DNA of 64,000 bases from Clostridia bacterium (GCA_017621755.1 JAGASL010000063.1:12265-76264); one strand, 5' to 3'; shown: positions 54,723-63,983, counted from the stretch's first letter. Translations and numbers: made by a program. The notes: generated from the letters alone by a model not told the origin.

Positions 54723-55952
54723 ATGAGCGAGAGCATACAGCCCGTCCTACTGGGAGCAGATTTGAACTGTTACAGCATGGCACGGGCTTTTTTTGCGGCC
54801 TACGGCACCCCCTCGGTGGCGTATGGGCAGGTGGCGCTTGGTGCCACGCAGCATTCTCGCTATATCCAATTTACCGAGGTGCCCTCGCTTGGCAAGCGGG
54901 AGGTGCTGCTTTCGTGTCTTGCTAAGTATGCCAAGCGCTTGGGGCGGGGAACACGGGCGATCTTAATTCCTTGCACGGATGAATACACCCGCCTGCTGAT
55001 CGAGGAGCGAGAGCGGCTTTCTGCCGCTTTTCTCGTTCCCGTGCCGCCGGCATCGGTGCTGCCGCTGTTTGAAAAGGATGCGTTTTACGCCGCCTGCCAA
55101 GCGCAGGGCATCCCCTATCCCGAAACCCTGGCGGTTTCTTCTATGCCGTCTCTTTTTGCCATTCGTGAGGCAGGGGAGCGATTAGGGTACCCCTTTATCA
55201 TCAAGCCCTCTTCCTCGGTTGACTATTGGCACCATCCCTTTGCGGGGATGGAGAAGGTGTACCTTGCGCATAATAAAAACGAGGCGGAATGTGTGCTGGC
55301 CGGCATATTCGGCTCTGGCTACCCGGGCCGGGTGCTGCTGCAGCGCTATATTGCCGGTGGTGATAGCGCCGGGTACGTGCTAACGGTGTATATCGACCGC
55401 CACGGCGTGCCGCGCATGCGTGCCTGCGGCCGCGCGCTGCTGGAGGAGCATACCCCCTGCGGAAAGGGGAATTATGCCGCGCTGGTAACGGTGCCTATCC
55501 CCCCAATCGCCGAGCCGCTTTGCCGCTTGCTTGCCACGGTTGATTATCGCGGATTTGCGAATTTTGATCTGCGGCAGGACGAGCGAGACGGCCGCTTCTA
55601 CGTGCTGGAGCTGAACCCCCGTCTTGGCCGCAGCAACTATTTTCTTACCGCCGGCGGCAAGAACCCCGCCGCCCTGCTGGCAGAGGATCTTGTTCAGCAA
55701 AAACAACTAAAAAATGAAGATATGTGCCAGCAGATTTTGTTTCGCACCATTCCTTTTTCTACCGTTTGGCACTATGCAGAGCAGGATGAGGATGCGCTTC
55801 TTGCGCGGCAATTGCACAAAAACGGGCAGGATGCCTGCCCGTTTTACGATAAGCAAGATCTTGCCGCCAACCCGTTGCGCGCCCTCTACGTGTGGGAGCA
55901 TATGCGGCGGCAAAAGCAAAAGTTTCACCATTACTGCGCGCGTATGAGATAG
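54723..55952 (+). CDS. ATP-grasp ligase resembling D-aspartate ligase (Asl family)
   Basis: LLGADLNCYSMARAF N-terminus, PFIIKPSSSV, and GFANFDLRQDERDGRFYVLELNPRLGRSNYF. Recognised from memory of the E. faecium Asl sequence. An Asp racemase gene lies adjacent. Confidence 0.65.
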   Translation: MSESIQPVLLGADLNCYSMARAFFAAYGTPSVAYGQVALGATQHSRYIQFTEVPSLGKREVLLSCLAKYAKRLGRGTRAILIPCTDEYTRLLIEERERLSAAFLVPVPPASVLPLFEKDAFYAACQAQGIPYPETLAVSSMPSLFAIREAGERLGYPFIIKPSSSVDYWHHPFAGMEKVYLAHNKNEAECVLAGIFGSGYPGRVLLQRYIAGGDSAGYVLTVYIDRHGVPRMRACGRALLEEHTPCGKGNYAALVTVPIPPIAEPLCRLLATVDYRGFANFDLRQDERDGRFYVLELNPRLGRSNYFLTAGGKNPAALLAEDLVQQKQLKNEDMCQQILFRTIPFSTVWHYAEQDEDALLARQLHKNGQDACPFYDKQDLAANPLRALYVWEHMRRQKQKFHHYCARMR

Positions 55953-55960
55953 GAAAGACG

Positions 55961-56776
55961 ATGGCAAAAATAGGTATGACGCTTGGCATTTTGGGTGGCT
56001 GTGGCCCGGCAGCCGGTGCCCATTTTTATACCAGGCTGGTTGCCTTGACCCGGGCAGAGAAAGACCGTGATCACGTAGACGTGCTGCTTGCCGGCCGTGC
56101 CTCTACGCCGGATCGCACGGCATATTTGCTTGGCAGTGGCGAAAATCCGGGGGCTTATCTCGCGGCAGATGCCAAATGTCTACAAAACAGCGGTGCTGAC
56201 CTATTGGTTCTTCTTTGTCACACGGCGCATGCCTTTCTTGCCGAGATTCGGGCAGCCGTTTCGATTCCCGTGCTGGATATGGTGTCACTAACGGTAGATT
56301 ATGCCGCCGCACGGGGGCTATCTACGCTTGGCATTCTTTCCACACAGGGCACCCACCACGCCCGTCTTTACGATCGTGCGGCAGCACCGTACGGCATGCG
56401 TGTGATGTACCCGGCGCCTGAGACACGCATGCTCGTGCAAAGCTGCATTTATAGCTTCTTAAAGCAGGGCAGACAGGATGGCGGCGCTGCTATTCGTACC
56501 GCGTGCGCCGACCTGGGCGCACGCGGCTGCCCCGCGGTGGTGCTGGCCTGTACCGAGCTTTCTTTACCAATCGCACAGCCGCGCGCGCCGCTTTATTACC
56601 GCAGAAGAGAGCCCGTAGCCTTTTTGCCGCAGGTGTTGATCGACCCGCTTGAAATTCTCGCCCGCCGCGCCATTACCCTGTGCGGCAAACAAGTCAAGGA
56701 GGAGGAACAGGATGCTGCTGCGTTTTTTGCTTGCGGCGCTACCCGCTGTCAGGCTGCCGGAAACCGGCATGGATGA
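55961..56776 (+). CDS. aspartate/glutamate racemase family protein (aspartate racemase-like)
   Basis: LGILGGCGPAAG, the LCHTAH and LACTELS Cys motifs. Start ATG 55961 after AGGAAAG. Confidence 0.8.
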   Translation: MAKIGMTLGILGGCGPAAGAHFYTRLVALTRAEKDRDHVDVLLAGRASTPDRTAYLLGSGENPGAYLAADAKCLQNSGADLLVLLCHTAHAFLAEIRAAVSIPVLDMVSLTVDYAAARGLSTLGILSTQGTHHARLYDRAAAPYGMRVMYPAPETRMLVQSCIYSFLKQGRQDGGAAIRTACADLGARGCPAVVLACTELSLPIAQPRAPLYYRRREPVAFLPQVLIDPLEILARRAITLCGKQVKEEEQDAAAFFACGATRCQAAGNRHG

Positions 56777-58226
56777 GGAGATCGATACCATCGTCAGCGA
56801 TTCAAGACAGGCTGGCCCGCGCATGCTGTTTGTGGCGCAGCGCGGGCCAGAGCAGGATGGCCACGCCTACGCGCGGCAGGCCTATGATCGTGGCTGCCGC
56901 GCCTTTGTGTGCGAGTATCCACCCACGCTGCCGCCGGATGCCGCCGTTGCCTACGTGCCGGATAGCCGCCGTGCTCTGGCCGCTCTTGCAGCCAAGCTGT
57001 ACGGGTATCCGGCGCACCGCCTGACCCTTGTCGGCATTACCGGCACCAAGGGAAAGACCACCACCGCCATGATGATCTATCATCTCTTAACCTGCCTTGG
57101 TATCCCTGCCGGGTATATTGGCTCGGGTGGCGTGCAGTATGCCGGCATGCAGGAAAAAACAGACAACACAACGCCCTCTGCCTTGGACCTTCATCGGATT
57201 TTTGCAGATATGTGCCGTGCCCACGTGCGCGTTGTGGTGATGGAGGTATCCTCCCAGGCCATCGTCTGGCAACGAATAGCGGGGCTCACCTTTCCCATTT
57301 GCCTCTTTACCAACCTGGCCTCTGATCACATCGGCGAGGGCGAGCACCCAGATTTTGCGCACTACCGTGATGCCAAGGCGCGCTTGTTCTCTGACCATGG
57401 CTGCGCGACCATGATCACCAATCTTGATGATGGATCCGCCAGTTATATGGTGGCAGATTCTACTGCCAATCGCATTATCACCGTTTCCTGCCAATGCAAC
57501 GAGGCGGCGCTGTTTGCCACCCGCATACGGCCAACGCGGCAGGGGGAGGCTTATGGCACGTCCTTTTTGCTATGCACCGAGACTGAGGGTGAGATCCCGG
57601 TTTCGATCGCCCTGCCGGGGGAATGCAACGTCAGTAACGCGCTGCTGGCGCTTTCTGCCGTGCAGGTCTATTTATTGGAATATCAGCCGGCTGCTGACGC
57701 ACGCTTGCGCAGCTTGGCGCCGCTTCTTTCTGATCTACGCATCCCCGGCCGCTTTGAGCCGGTAAAAACCGTGCAGCCTGGGGTAGATTATCTCATCGAC
57801 TACGCGCACAACGGCTATAGCCTGCGCGCCGCGCTCACCGCCCTGCGCGCCTATTCGCCTAGGCGACTGGTCTGCCTCTTCGGCTCTGTAGGGGCGCGCA
57901 CCTATTCCCGCCGCACCGAGCTGGGCGAGGCCGCCTGCGAGGCGGATTTTTGCATCGTGACCACCGACAACCCAGGTATCGAGCCGCCCGAGGATACCAT
58001 GCGCGAGATCTGTCGCGTGCTGGAGGAGCAGGGACGCCCATATATCGCCATTCCGGATAGGGAAAAGGCCATTCGCTACGCGGTCATACACGCCCACCCG
58101 GGGGACCTGATCCTGTTGGCCGGCAAGGGGCATGAGGATTACCAGCTGATCGGGGAGGTCAAGATCCCGTTTTCCGAACGCAAGCTCCTGCTTGCCGCCG
58201 CCGAGGAGGCCGTGCCGGTGGTATAA
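56712..58226 (+). CDS. murE: UDP-N-acetylmuramoyl-L-alanyl-D-glutamate ligase (MurE family)
   Basis: IVSDSRQ..PRMLFVA, GITGTKGKTTT, DYAHNG, and TTDNPG. Start ATG 56712 after AGGAGGAGGAA. Overlaps the racemase ORF by 65 nt. Confidence 0.85.
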   Translation: MLLRFLLAALPAVRLPETGMDEEIDTIVSDSRQAGPRMLFVAQRGPEQDGHAYARQAYDRGCRAFVCEYPPTLPPDAAVAYVPDSRRALAALAAKLYGYPAHRLTLVGITGTKGKTTTAMMIYHLLTCLGIPAGYIGSGGVQYAGMQEKTDNTTPSALDLHRIFADMCRAHVRVVVMEVSSQAIVWQRIAGLTFPICLFTNLASDHIGEGEHPDFAHYRDAKARLFSDHGCATMITNLDDGSASYMVADSTANRIITVSCQCNEAALFATRIRPTRQGEAYGTSFLLCTETEGEIPVSIALPGECNVSNALLALSAVQVYLLEYQPAADARLRSLAPLLSDLRIPGRFEPVKTVQPGVDYLIDYAHNGYSLRAALTALRAYSPRRLVCLFGSVGARTYSRRTELGEAACEADFCIVTTDNPGIEPPEDTMREICRVLEEQGRPYIAIPDREKAIRYAVIHAHPGDLILLAGKGHEDYQLIGEVKIPFSERKLLLAAAEEAVPVV

Positions 58227-58276
58227 CAAAAGAGAGCAGCTGCACGGCGACCTGCGATAAAGCAGGTCTGCCGAAC

Positions 58277-58447
58277 GATGCTTGCCCTTACGGGCAAGTG
58301 ATGTCGGCTTCGCCTAATGATGTAGCCTACGGCAATGATGTTGTGCCTTCGGCACAGTGGGCAAGCATCACATCATTGCGACCAACGGGAGCAACATCAT
58401 TACGAACGAAGCGAGTAACATCACTTTTGCGTAAGCAAAAACATCAC
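58277..58447. repeat. word-plus-hairpin array 2 (word ATGATGT, then its complement ACATCAT)
   Basis: GATGT words at 58300, 58319 and 58337, each followed by a small hairpin. ACATC words at 58370, 58394, 58418 and 58441, spaced 23-24 nt. Confidence 0.7.
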
Positions 58448-58477
58448 TTATATTCCTTCCGAAAACAAAATATCGTA

Positions 58478-58621
58478 TAACACACTATACCTTGCAAGCA
58501 AGATCGTGTGAAAAAGGGGCGAGAAAATCTCGTCCCTTTTCTGCTTTGATATAAAACTGCTTTACGGTAGGTGCCCGCAAAGCTGCTCTCTTTCATGCTT
58601 TTTGCCAAACCAAAGAGTTGT
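58478..58621. repeat. convergent-junction module, copy 2 (E element plus R-like arm)
   Basis: Alignable to 44996-45127. The 18-nt start is identical. The inner hairpin and terminator differ by paired substitutions. Confidence 0.75.
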
Positions 58622-60652
58622 TTAGTCGATATACAAAATACGGTAGCCGTAGGCGCCAAGCGAGAAGGTGAAGGGGAGCGTTTCGTTTCGCTCCATATCC
58701 CGCACACTCGTCACGCATTCGGGGAAGGAGAGCGTGACCTCCTCGACCGGGGTGGCCGAGATGTTGACGGCAAAGGCAAGCAACTGCTCCTTGCCTGACA
58801 GCGTGGTATAGCGGTAGTAGCTGACCTTGACCTTTTCGTGCGTGCTCTCTGCCTTGTTTTCCCAATAGGGCATCCATTCGGCCTGCGCGATGGGAAAGGC
58901 GTCAAAGATCTGCCAAACGCGGCTCATTAGCGTAAGCGGGTGGCCGATATCGTTCGGCCGTGGGAGAATGCCGTGCAGGATCGAGCAAGCCAGCGCCTGC
59001 TCAAAGGTCCACAGCGGCCGGTTTTCATACGCGATAAACTCTACCGGGGCGCCGATATTGCGGCCGATATACTCCGCGCGGAAGTAGTCAAGATTCAGGT
59101 CGGCGTTTTGTCCCTTCATCAGCGCAAACTGCAGCGTCTCGCCATACCAGTTTTGATGGATGTAGGGAATGGCGGTAAAGTTGATAAAGCCGTAGCCATG
59201 CACGTTGATCATGCCGCCGCGAGATTCCACCACGTCATAAAGCCGCTTGAAGAGCGAGCGCACCGCGCGAATGGGATAGTGGCCATGCAGGTTGCCCTGC
59301 TTATCATAGCGGCCGCAGCCGTGGGCCGTGTTGGTGCAGCAGCGCAGGTGGTGCGTGCCATCGAGATACACGCCGTCGGTGTGGCACTCGTCCATGATCC
59401 TTTCAACACCGTTGATAAAGATATCCTGGTATTCCGACTGATAGCAAACGACGTAATCACGCTGGAAGGGAACACGCCACCAGCCACCCTCGGTCTTGCC
59501 CTGCGTGTTCTTAAAGAGCACGCGATCCTTCATGCGGCTCCATTCGGGCGCCATGCTGGAAAACTCGTAGCCAAAGTAGGTCAGCACCTTGATGCCGCGC
59601 TTATGGCACTCGTCTGTGATATAGCAGACCTGCTTTTTGGTAAACTCCGAAAGCTCAAACCAGTTCTGCGATTTGTTCCACTTCTCGTGCAAGATCAGCG
59701 TGGTAACGCCCATCTCCTTCAGCTTATCAAAGCGGTTTTCAGCCGAGAGAAAGTCGATATAGTTGCCCTTGATCTTGATGCCGCAATCCAGGTGGAAGGT
59801 GTTGCTGATGTAGGGGTTCTTCGGAAAAGGCTTGACAGGCGTGGCATGAAAGCCGAAATGAAAATCTATCGGCCGATAGGTCAGCATGCCGCGGGCAGGG
59901 TCGCTATCCCATTCTGCCGGCTGTGAATCTAACAGGCGCAGGCGCAGGATCAGCTGATCCCCCTCTCGCACCAGCTCAATGGCCTTGTTCTGCTCGGCCG
60001 GCTGCCAGTAGAAGTCCTCTTCCGAAAAGAAGCCAAGACCGCGCTTTTCATCTCCCAGCCACAAAAGCGCCTTAAAGGGTACTGCTGAGGAAACGGCAGG
60101 AACACGGCCGCTGGTAGACATATCGTGCATGGGCAGCACGCTACCATCTGCCAGGTACATAGCGCTGTTGGGGTACATGTGGTAAAAGGGCATCGCCTCG
60201 GCGCGCAGGGGCAGCTCGATCCACAGCTGATCCAGCTTGAACAGGGTGGGCTTAGTCTCGGCAATGCCAAAGACTTGGGCCACCGTCTGCCCACGGGGCA
60301 TGACCTTACAATCGATCTCCATACAGCCATCGTAATCAATGGTATAGCAGGTATCCACAATAAAGCGGTCGGATTGCAGAGCCCCGCAGATGGTGATCTG
60401 CTCGTCGCTGCGTGCCTGCACAAAGCTTTCACTTTCGTTGGTCTCATAGCTTGTATCCCAGTGCGAGGGGGCACCATCCTCTATGGCTACCACGCGCATA
60501 GGGCCAGCCAGCAGCTCTACCCCCTGCGAACGGATCGAGGTAAGCATGCCGTCAATACCAACGGTATAATCGCGGTCAATGATGTGTACGGTATGAGCCC
60601 CATCCGCGCTTTCTGCGCGCAGGGGAATAAAGGGGTGTGGGATCTTCATCAT
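58622..60652 (-). CDS. putative glycoside hydrolase (beta-sandwich plus TIM-barrel-like), family uncertain
   Basis: 676-aa ORF with an RBS (AAGGAGAG; the ATG at 60649 is better spaced). The central region (TLILHEKWN...VLTYFGY...DGVYLDG) looks like a (beta/alpha)8 hydrolase. I cannot assign the family. Confidence 0.45.
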   Translation of the reverse strand: MMKIPHPFIPLRAESADGAHTVHIIDRDYTVGIDGMLTSIRSQGVELLAGPMRVVAIEDGAPSHWDTSYETNESESFVQARSDEQITICGALQSDRFIVDTCYTIDYDGCMEIDCKVMPRGQTVAQVFGIAETKPTLFKLDQLWIELPLRAEAMPFYHMYPNSAMYLADGSVLPMHDMSTSGRVPAVSSAVPFKALLWLGDEKRGLGFFSEEDFYWQPAEQNKAIELVREGDQLILRLRLLDSQPAEWDSDPARGMLTYRPIDFHFGFHATPVKPFPKNPYISNTFHLDCGIKIKGNYIDFLSAENRFDKLKEMGVTTLILHEKWNKSQNWFELSEFTKKQVCYITDECHKRGIKVLTYFGYEFSSMAPEWSRMKDRVLFKNTQGKTEGGWWRVPFQRDYVVCYQSEYQDIFINGVERIMDECHTDGVYLDGTHHLRCCTNTAHGCGRYDKQGNLHGHYPIRAVRSLFKRLYDVVESRGGMINVHGYGFINFTAIPYIHQNWYGETLQFALMKGQNADLNLDYFRAEYIGRNIGAPVEFIAYENRPLWTFEQALACSILHGILPRPNDIGHPLTLMSRVWQIFDAFPIAQAEWMPYWENKAESTHEKVKVSYYRYTTLSGKEQLLAFAVNISATPVEEVTLSFPECVTSVRDMERNETLPFTFSLGAYGYRILYID

Positions 60653-60780
60653 GGCTCTCCTTTTTTGAAAGAGGTTGTGAGATTATTGTAGCAGATATAG
60701 CGGGAAAAGTAAAGCATCTTTTTTTGGGTAAAAGATATCATTTTATCATCTGCTACCGCATCACTTTTTATAAAATATAT

Positions 60781-60809
60781 GGGCGCACCTGCTAAAAACA
60801 GGTGCGCCC
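60781..60809 (-). terminator. hairpin after glk (probable terminator)
   Basis: gggcgcacctg-ctaaaaa-caggtgcgccc perfect 11-bp stem. The downstream U-tract on the minus strand is weak. Confidence 0.5.
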
Positions 60810-60840
60810 GTATGCTTTGTTTTTTATCTTAAGCCGAGAA

Positions 60841-61785
60841 TTACATGCCAAGGCAAGCGGCACCGATGATGCCGGCATCGTTGCCCAGCTCAGCAATCTT
60901 CAGCTCGGTGGCCTTTACCACGCCGCCGCCGTAGCTTTCGGTCAGCATCAGCGGGCGCAGCGGAGCCAGCAGATTCTCCTTCTCGCCAGAGATACCGCCG
61001 CCGATAACCAGGATCTCAGGCTGGAAGATGTTGATCAGGTTGCCGATGCCGCAAGCAAGGTAGGAAATATACGTATCCACAACCTCTTGCGCGGCCTTGT
61101 CACCCTCGCGGCTCATGTCAAAGGCCGTGCGACCGCTGACCTTGCCATCCTTCTGTACGCGCTCGTGCATCTTGCTATCCGGGCAGGCTGCCAGCTTTTC
61201 CTTGGTCATGCGGATCAGACCGGTGGCCGAGCTGTATGCCTCCCAGCAGCCCTTACGGCCGCAGGTGCAGGGGTAGCCGTTCTTCTCAATAACGATGTGA
61301 CCAAGCTCACCTGCCGCGCAGTTTGAGCCCATGTATACCTTACCGTCAATGATAATGCCGCCACCTACGCCGGTACCCAGCGTGATCATAACCGAGTTCT
61401 TGGTGCCACGGGCAGCGCCGGCCTTTGCTTCACCCAGGGCGGCTGCGTTGGCATCATTTTCCAGATAGACTGCCTTCAGCGGGATCTTATCCATCAGCAG
61501 CTTGGAAAGCGGAAAATGCTTGAAATTGATGTTGTTGGCATACACCACCTCGCCTGCCTCGCGGTCAACGATGCCGGGGCTGGCAATACCCGCATAGGCC
61601 ACGTCATCAAACGAGATGCCTGCCTCCTTTACCAGCTTGCTGCAGAGGTCTGCCATAGCTTGTACGATGCCCTCCGGGTCATTTGCCGGGGTAGGGGTGC
61701 TGCCCTTGCGAACGAGCTGATAGCTTTCGTCCATAATACCGATGGCGACGTTGGTGCCGCCGAGATCTACGCCAATATAATACAT
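60841..61785 (-). CDS. glk: ROK family glucokinase
   Basis: IGVDLGGTN, ENDANAAALGE, and zinc motif GHIVIEKNGYPCTCGRKGCWE. Start ATG 61785 after GGAGGA. Confidence 0.85.
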   Translation of the reverse strand: MYYIGVDLGGTNVAIGIMDESYQLVRKGSTPTPANDPEGIVQAMADLCSKLVKEAGISFDDVAYAGIASPGIVDREAGEVVYANNINFKHFPLSKLLMDKIPLKAVYLENDANAAALGEAKAGAARGTKNSVMITLGTGVGGGIIIDGKVYMGSNCAAGELGHIVIEKNGYPCTCGRKGCWEAYSSATGLIRMTKEKLAACPDSKMHERVQKDGKVSGRTAFDMSREGDKAAQEVVDTYISYLACGIGNLINIFQPEILVIGGGISGEKENLLAPLRPLMLTESYGGGVVKATELKIAELGNDAGIIGAACLGM

Positions 61786-62087
61786 GATGTGATCCTCCGA
61801 TCTTTTATTTTCCACCTTCCATTATAATGGTAAAAACGCGGCTTGTCAATTCTGTATAGGGAAATTTTTGTTTTTTTCTTTTTTTGCCTTGTTTTTTCCT
61901 CGGTTTTTCTTGTGGCAAAAATCGCGCAAAGCAGACAAAAAGAAGCAGGGCTTTGCCGTGTGCGACAGCCTCGTCGCACCTTCTTGCTTTTTCGCCCCTA
62001 TGGTTTTTATGGGGCGGGTGGAAAACCGACGCCATCCGACACCACTTGTCGGGTAGAATATAGAAAAAGAAAAAAACAGGAGACTGT

Positions 62088-63983
62088 ATGAACAGGATGG
62101 ATAATGCTTTATCGGAATACCTCTTTCATCAGGGCACCAATTTTCATGCCTATGCCTATCTTGGCTGCCACGCTTCATGCGTGGCTGATGGGTGGGAATA
62201 CGTGTTTCGCACCTGGGCGCCCAACGCGGCCGGTGTGGCGGTGGTTGGTGATTTTACAGATGCCTGGCAGGGCGCCATTCCTTTAGAGCGGATAAGCGAA
62301 AAGGGAATTTGGCAGGGGCGGTATCGTTCCCCCGCTTCCTTGGCGGGGCAAAAATATAAATTCCGCATCACGGCGCAAGATGGCACCGTGCGCCTGAAGG
62401 GTGACCCCTACGCCTTTTCGTCAGAGGGGGGCAGCGGTGGCGCCTCTCTCGTTTGCCACGAAAGCGAATTCGTCTTTTCAGATGGCGAATGGATGGAGGG
62501 GCGGCATGCGGCACTGGGCAACGGAAATATGGATCTGCCGATCAATATCTACGAAATTCACGCCCCTTCCTTCGCAAGGCACCATGACGGGCGCTATTAT
62601 TCTTACCGTGAACTGGCCGAGGTGCTGGTGCCCTACGTCAAATATATGGGCTATACACACGTAGAGCTGATGCCGCTTTGTGAATACCCCTACGATGGCT
62701 CGTGGGGCTATCAGATCGGCGCCTATTACGCCCCAACCAGTCGCCTGGGCACGCCGGACGATCTTCGCTATTTTGTCGATCGCTTGCATACCGCCGGCAT
62801 TGGTGTCTTGATGGATTGGGTGCCGGCGCACTTTCCCAAGGATGCCTGGGGACTATATGAATTTGATGGCATGCCGCTATATGAATACCAGGGCTATGAC
62901 CGTATGGAATCGCGTGGGTGGGGAACCCGGTTTTTTGACGTTGGGCGGGAAGAGGTGCAGAGCTTTTTGGTCTCAAACGCGCTTTACTGGCTGCGCGAAT
63001 TTCATATGGATGGGCTGCGTGTCGATGCCGTTGCCTCTATGCTCTACCGGGATTATGACCGCGAGGCAGGCGAATGGTTCCCTAATTCTATGGGTGGGCG
63101 TGAGAATTTAGAGGCGATCGCTTTTTTCCGCAAGCTGAACAGCGCCGTGCAGGAGGAAATGCCGGACGTGCTGATGATCGCCGAGGAATCGACCGCCTTT
63201 CCCGGCGTGACCGCCCCGGTGATCGAGGGCGGGCTTGGCTTTCGCTTAAAGTGGAATATGGGCTTTGCCAATGACTTTTTTGAATATTTGCAAAAGGATC
63301 CACTATATCGCCGCTATCACCATAATGCGCTTACCTTTCCCATGATGTATGCGTACAGCGAAAAATTTATCCTGCCCATCTCGCATGACGAGGTGGTGTA
63401 CGGCAAGGGCTCCCTGTACCGAAAATGCTTTGGCAGCCATGAAGAAAAGCTGGAAACAATGCGTGCTGCCCTCACCTTTATCATGACCTTCCCCGGCAAG
63501 AAGATGCTGTTTATGGGTACCGAATTCGGGCAGGAAAATGAATGGTATTACGAGGTGGGGATCGATCTTCACCTGCTGGAGCGAGAGGATCACCGCTCCT
63601 TGCGTGATTTTACCGCCGCCCTGAACCGGTTTTATCTTGCGCACCCCGCACTGTGGGAGCGTGATTTTACGCCGGATGGCTTTTCCTGGATCGAAGTAGA
63701 CCGGGCAGATGATAATACCGTTTCCTACTGCCGCAAAAGCAGCAGAGAGGAGCTGCTGGTGGTGGTAAGCTTTAGCGGGCGGACGATCGAGGATTATCGG
63801 TTAGCTGTGCCGTCTGCCGGGGTTTATGACGTGGTTTTCTTCTCTGGCAGCTGGGGCGAGCAGTATGAAAAGACCCTGCAGGCCGGGACAGACGAGCAGG
63901 GCTGCGCGCTTCGCCTCCGCTTGCCGCCGCGCACGGCCGTCATTCTTTCTCGCCGTGCCGAGGGGGTAGCACTTACGCTTTGA
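62088..63983 (+). CDS. glgB: 1,4-alpha-glucan branching enzyme
   Basis: GH13 regions DWVPAHF, GLRVDAVASMLY, AEESTAFP and SHDEVV. RBS CAGGAG. A new ATG at 63996 after CAGGAGA starts the next gene at the window edge. Confidence 0.92.
   Translation: MNRMDNALSEYLFHQGTNFHAYAYLGCHASCVADGWEYVFRTWAPNAAGVAVVGDFTDAWQGAIPLERISEKGIWQGRYRSPASLAGQKYKFRITAQDGTVRLKGDPYAFSSEGGSGGASLVCHESEFVFSDGEWMEGRHAALGNGNMDLPINIYEIHAPSFARHHDGRYYSYRELAEVLVPYVKYMGYTHVELMPLCEYPYDGSWGYQIGAYYAPTSRLGTPDDLRYFVDRLHTAGIGVLMDWVPAHFPKDAWGLYEFDGMPLYEYQGYDRMESRGWGTRFFDVGREEVQSFLVSNALYWLREFHMDGLRVDAVASMLYRDYDREAGEWFPNSMGGRENLEAIAFFRKLNSAVQEEMPDVLMIAEESTAFPGVTAPVIEGGLGFRLKWNMGFANDFFEYLQKDPLYRRYHHNALTFPMMYAYSEKFILPISHDEVVYGKGSLYRKCFGSHEEKLETMRAALTFIMTFPGKKMLFMGTEFGQENEWYYEVGIDLHLLEREDHRSLRDFTAALNRFYLAHPALWERDFTPDGFSWIEVDRADDNTVSYCRKSSREELLVVVSFSGRTIEDYRLAVPSAGVYDVVFFSGSWGEQYEKTLQAGTDEQGCALRLRLPPRTAVILSRRAEGVALTL

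Noticed and set aside
58298-58707. Small ORFs 58298..58480 (+) and 58444..58707 (-) in the murE/hydrolase intergenic region
   Set aside because: They have no RBS. The repeated ITSL/ATSL/VTSL tripeptides come from the ACATCA word repeats. The homologous module at 44996-45127 does not conserve either reading frame, whereas the RNA hairpins covary.
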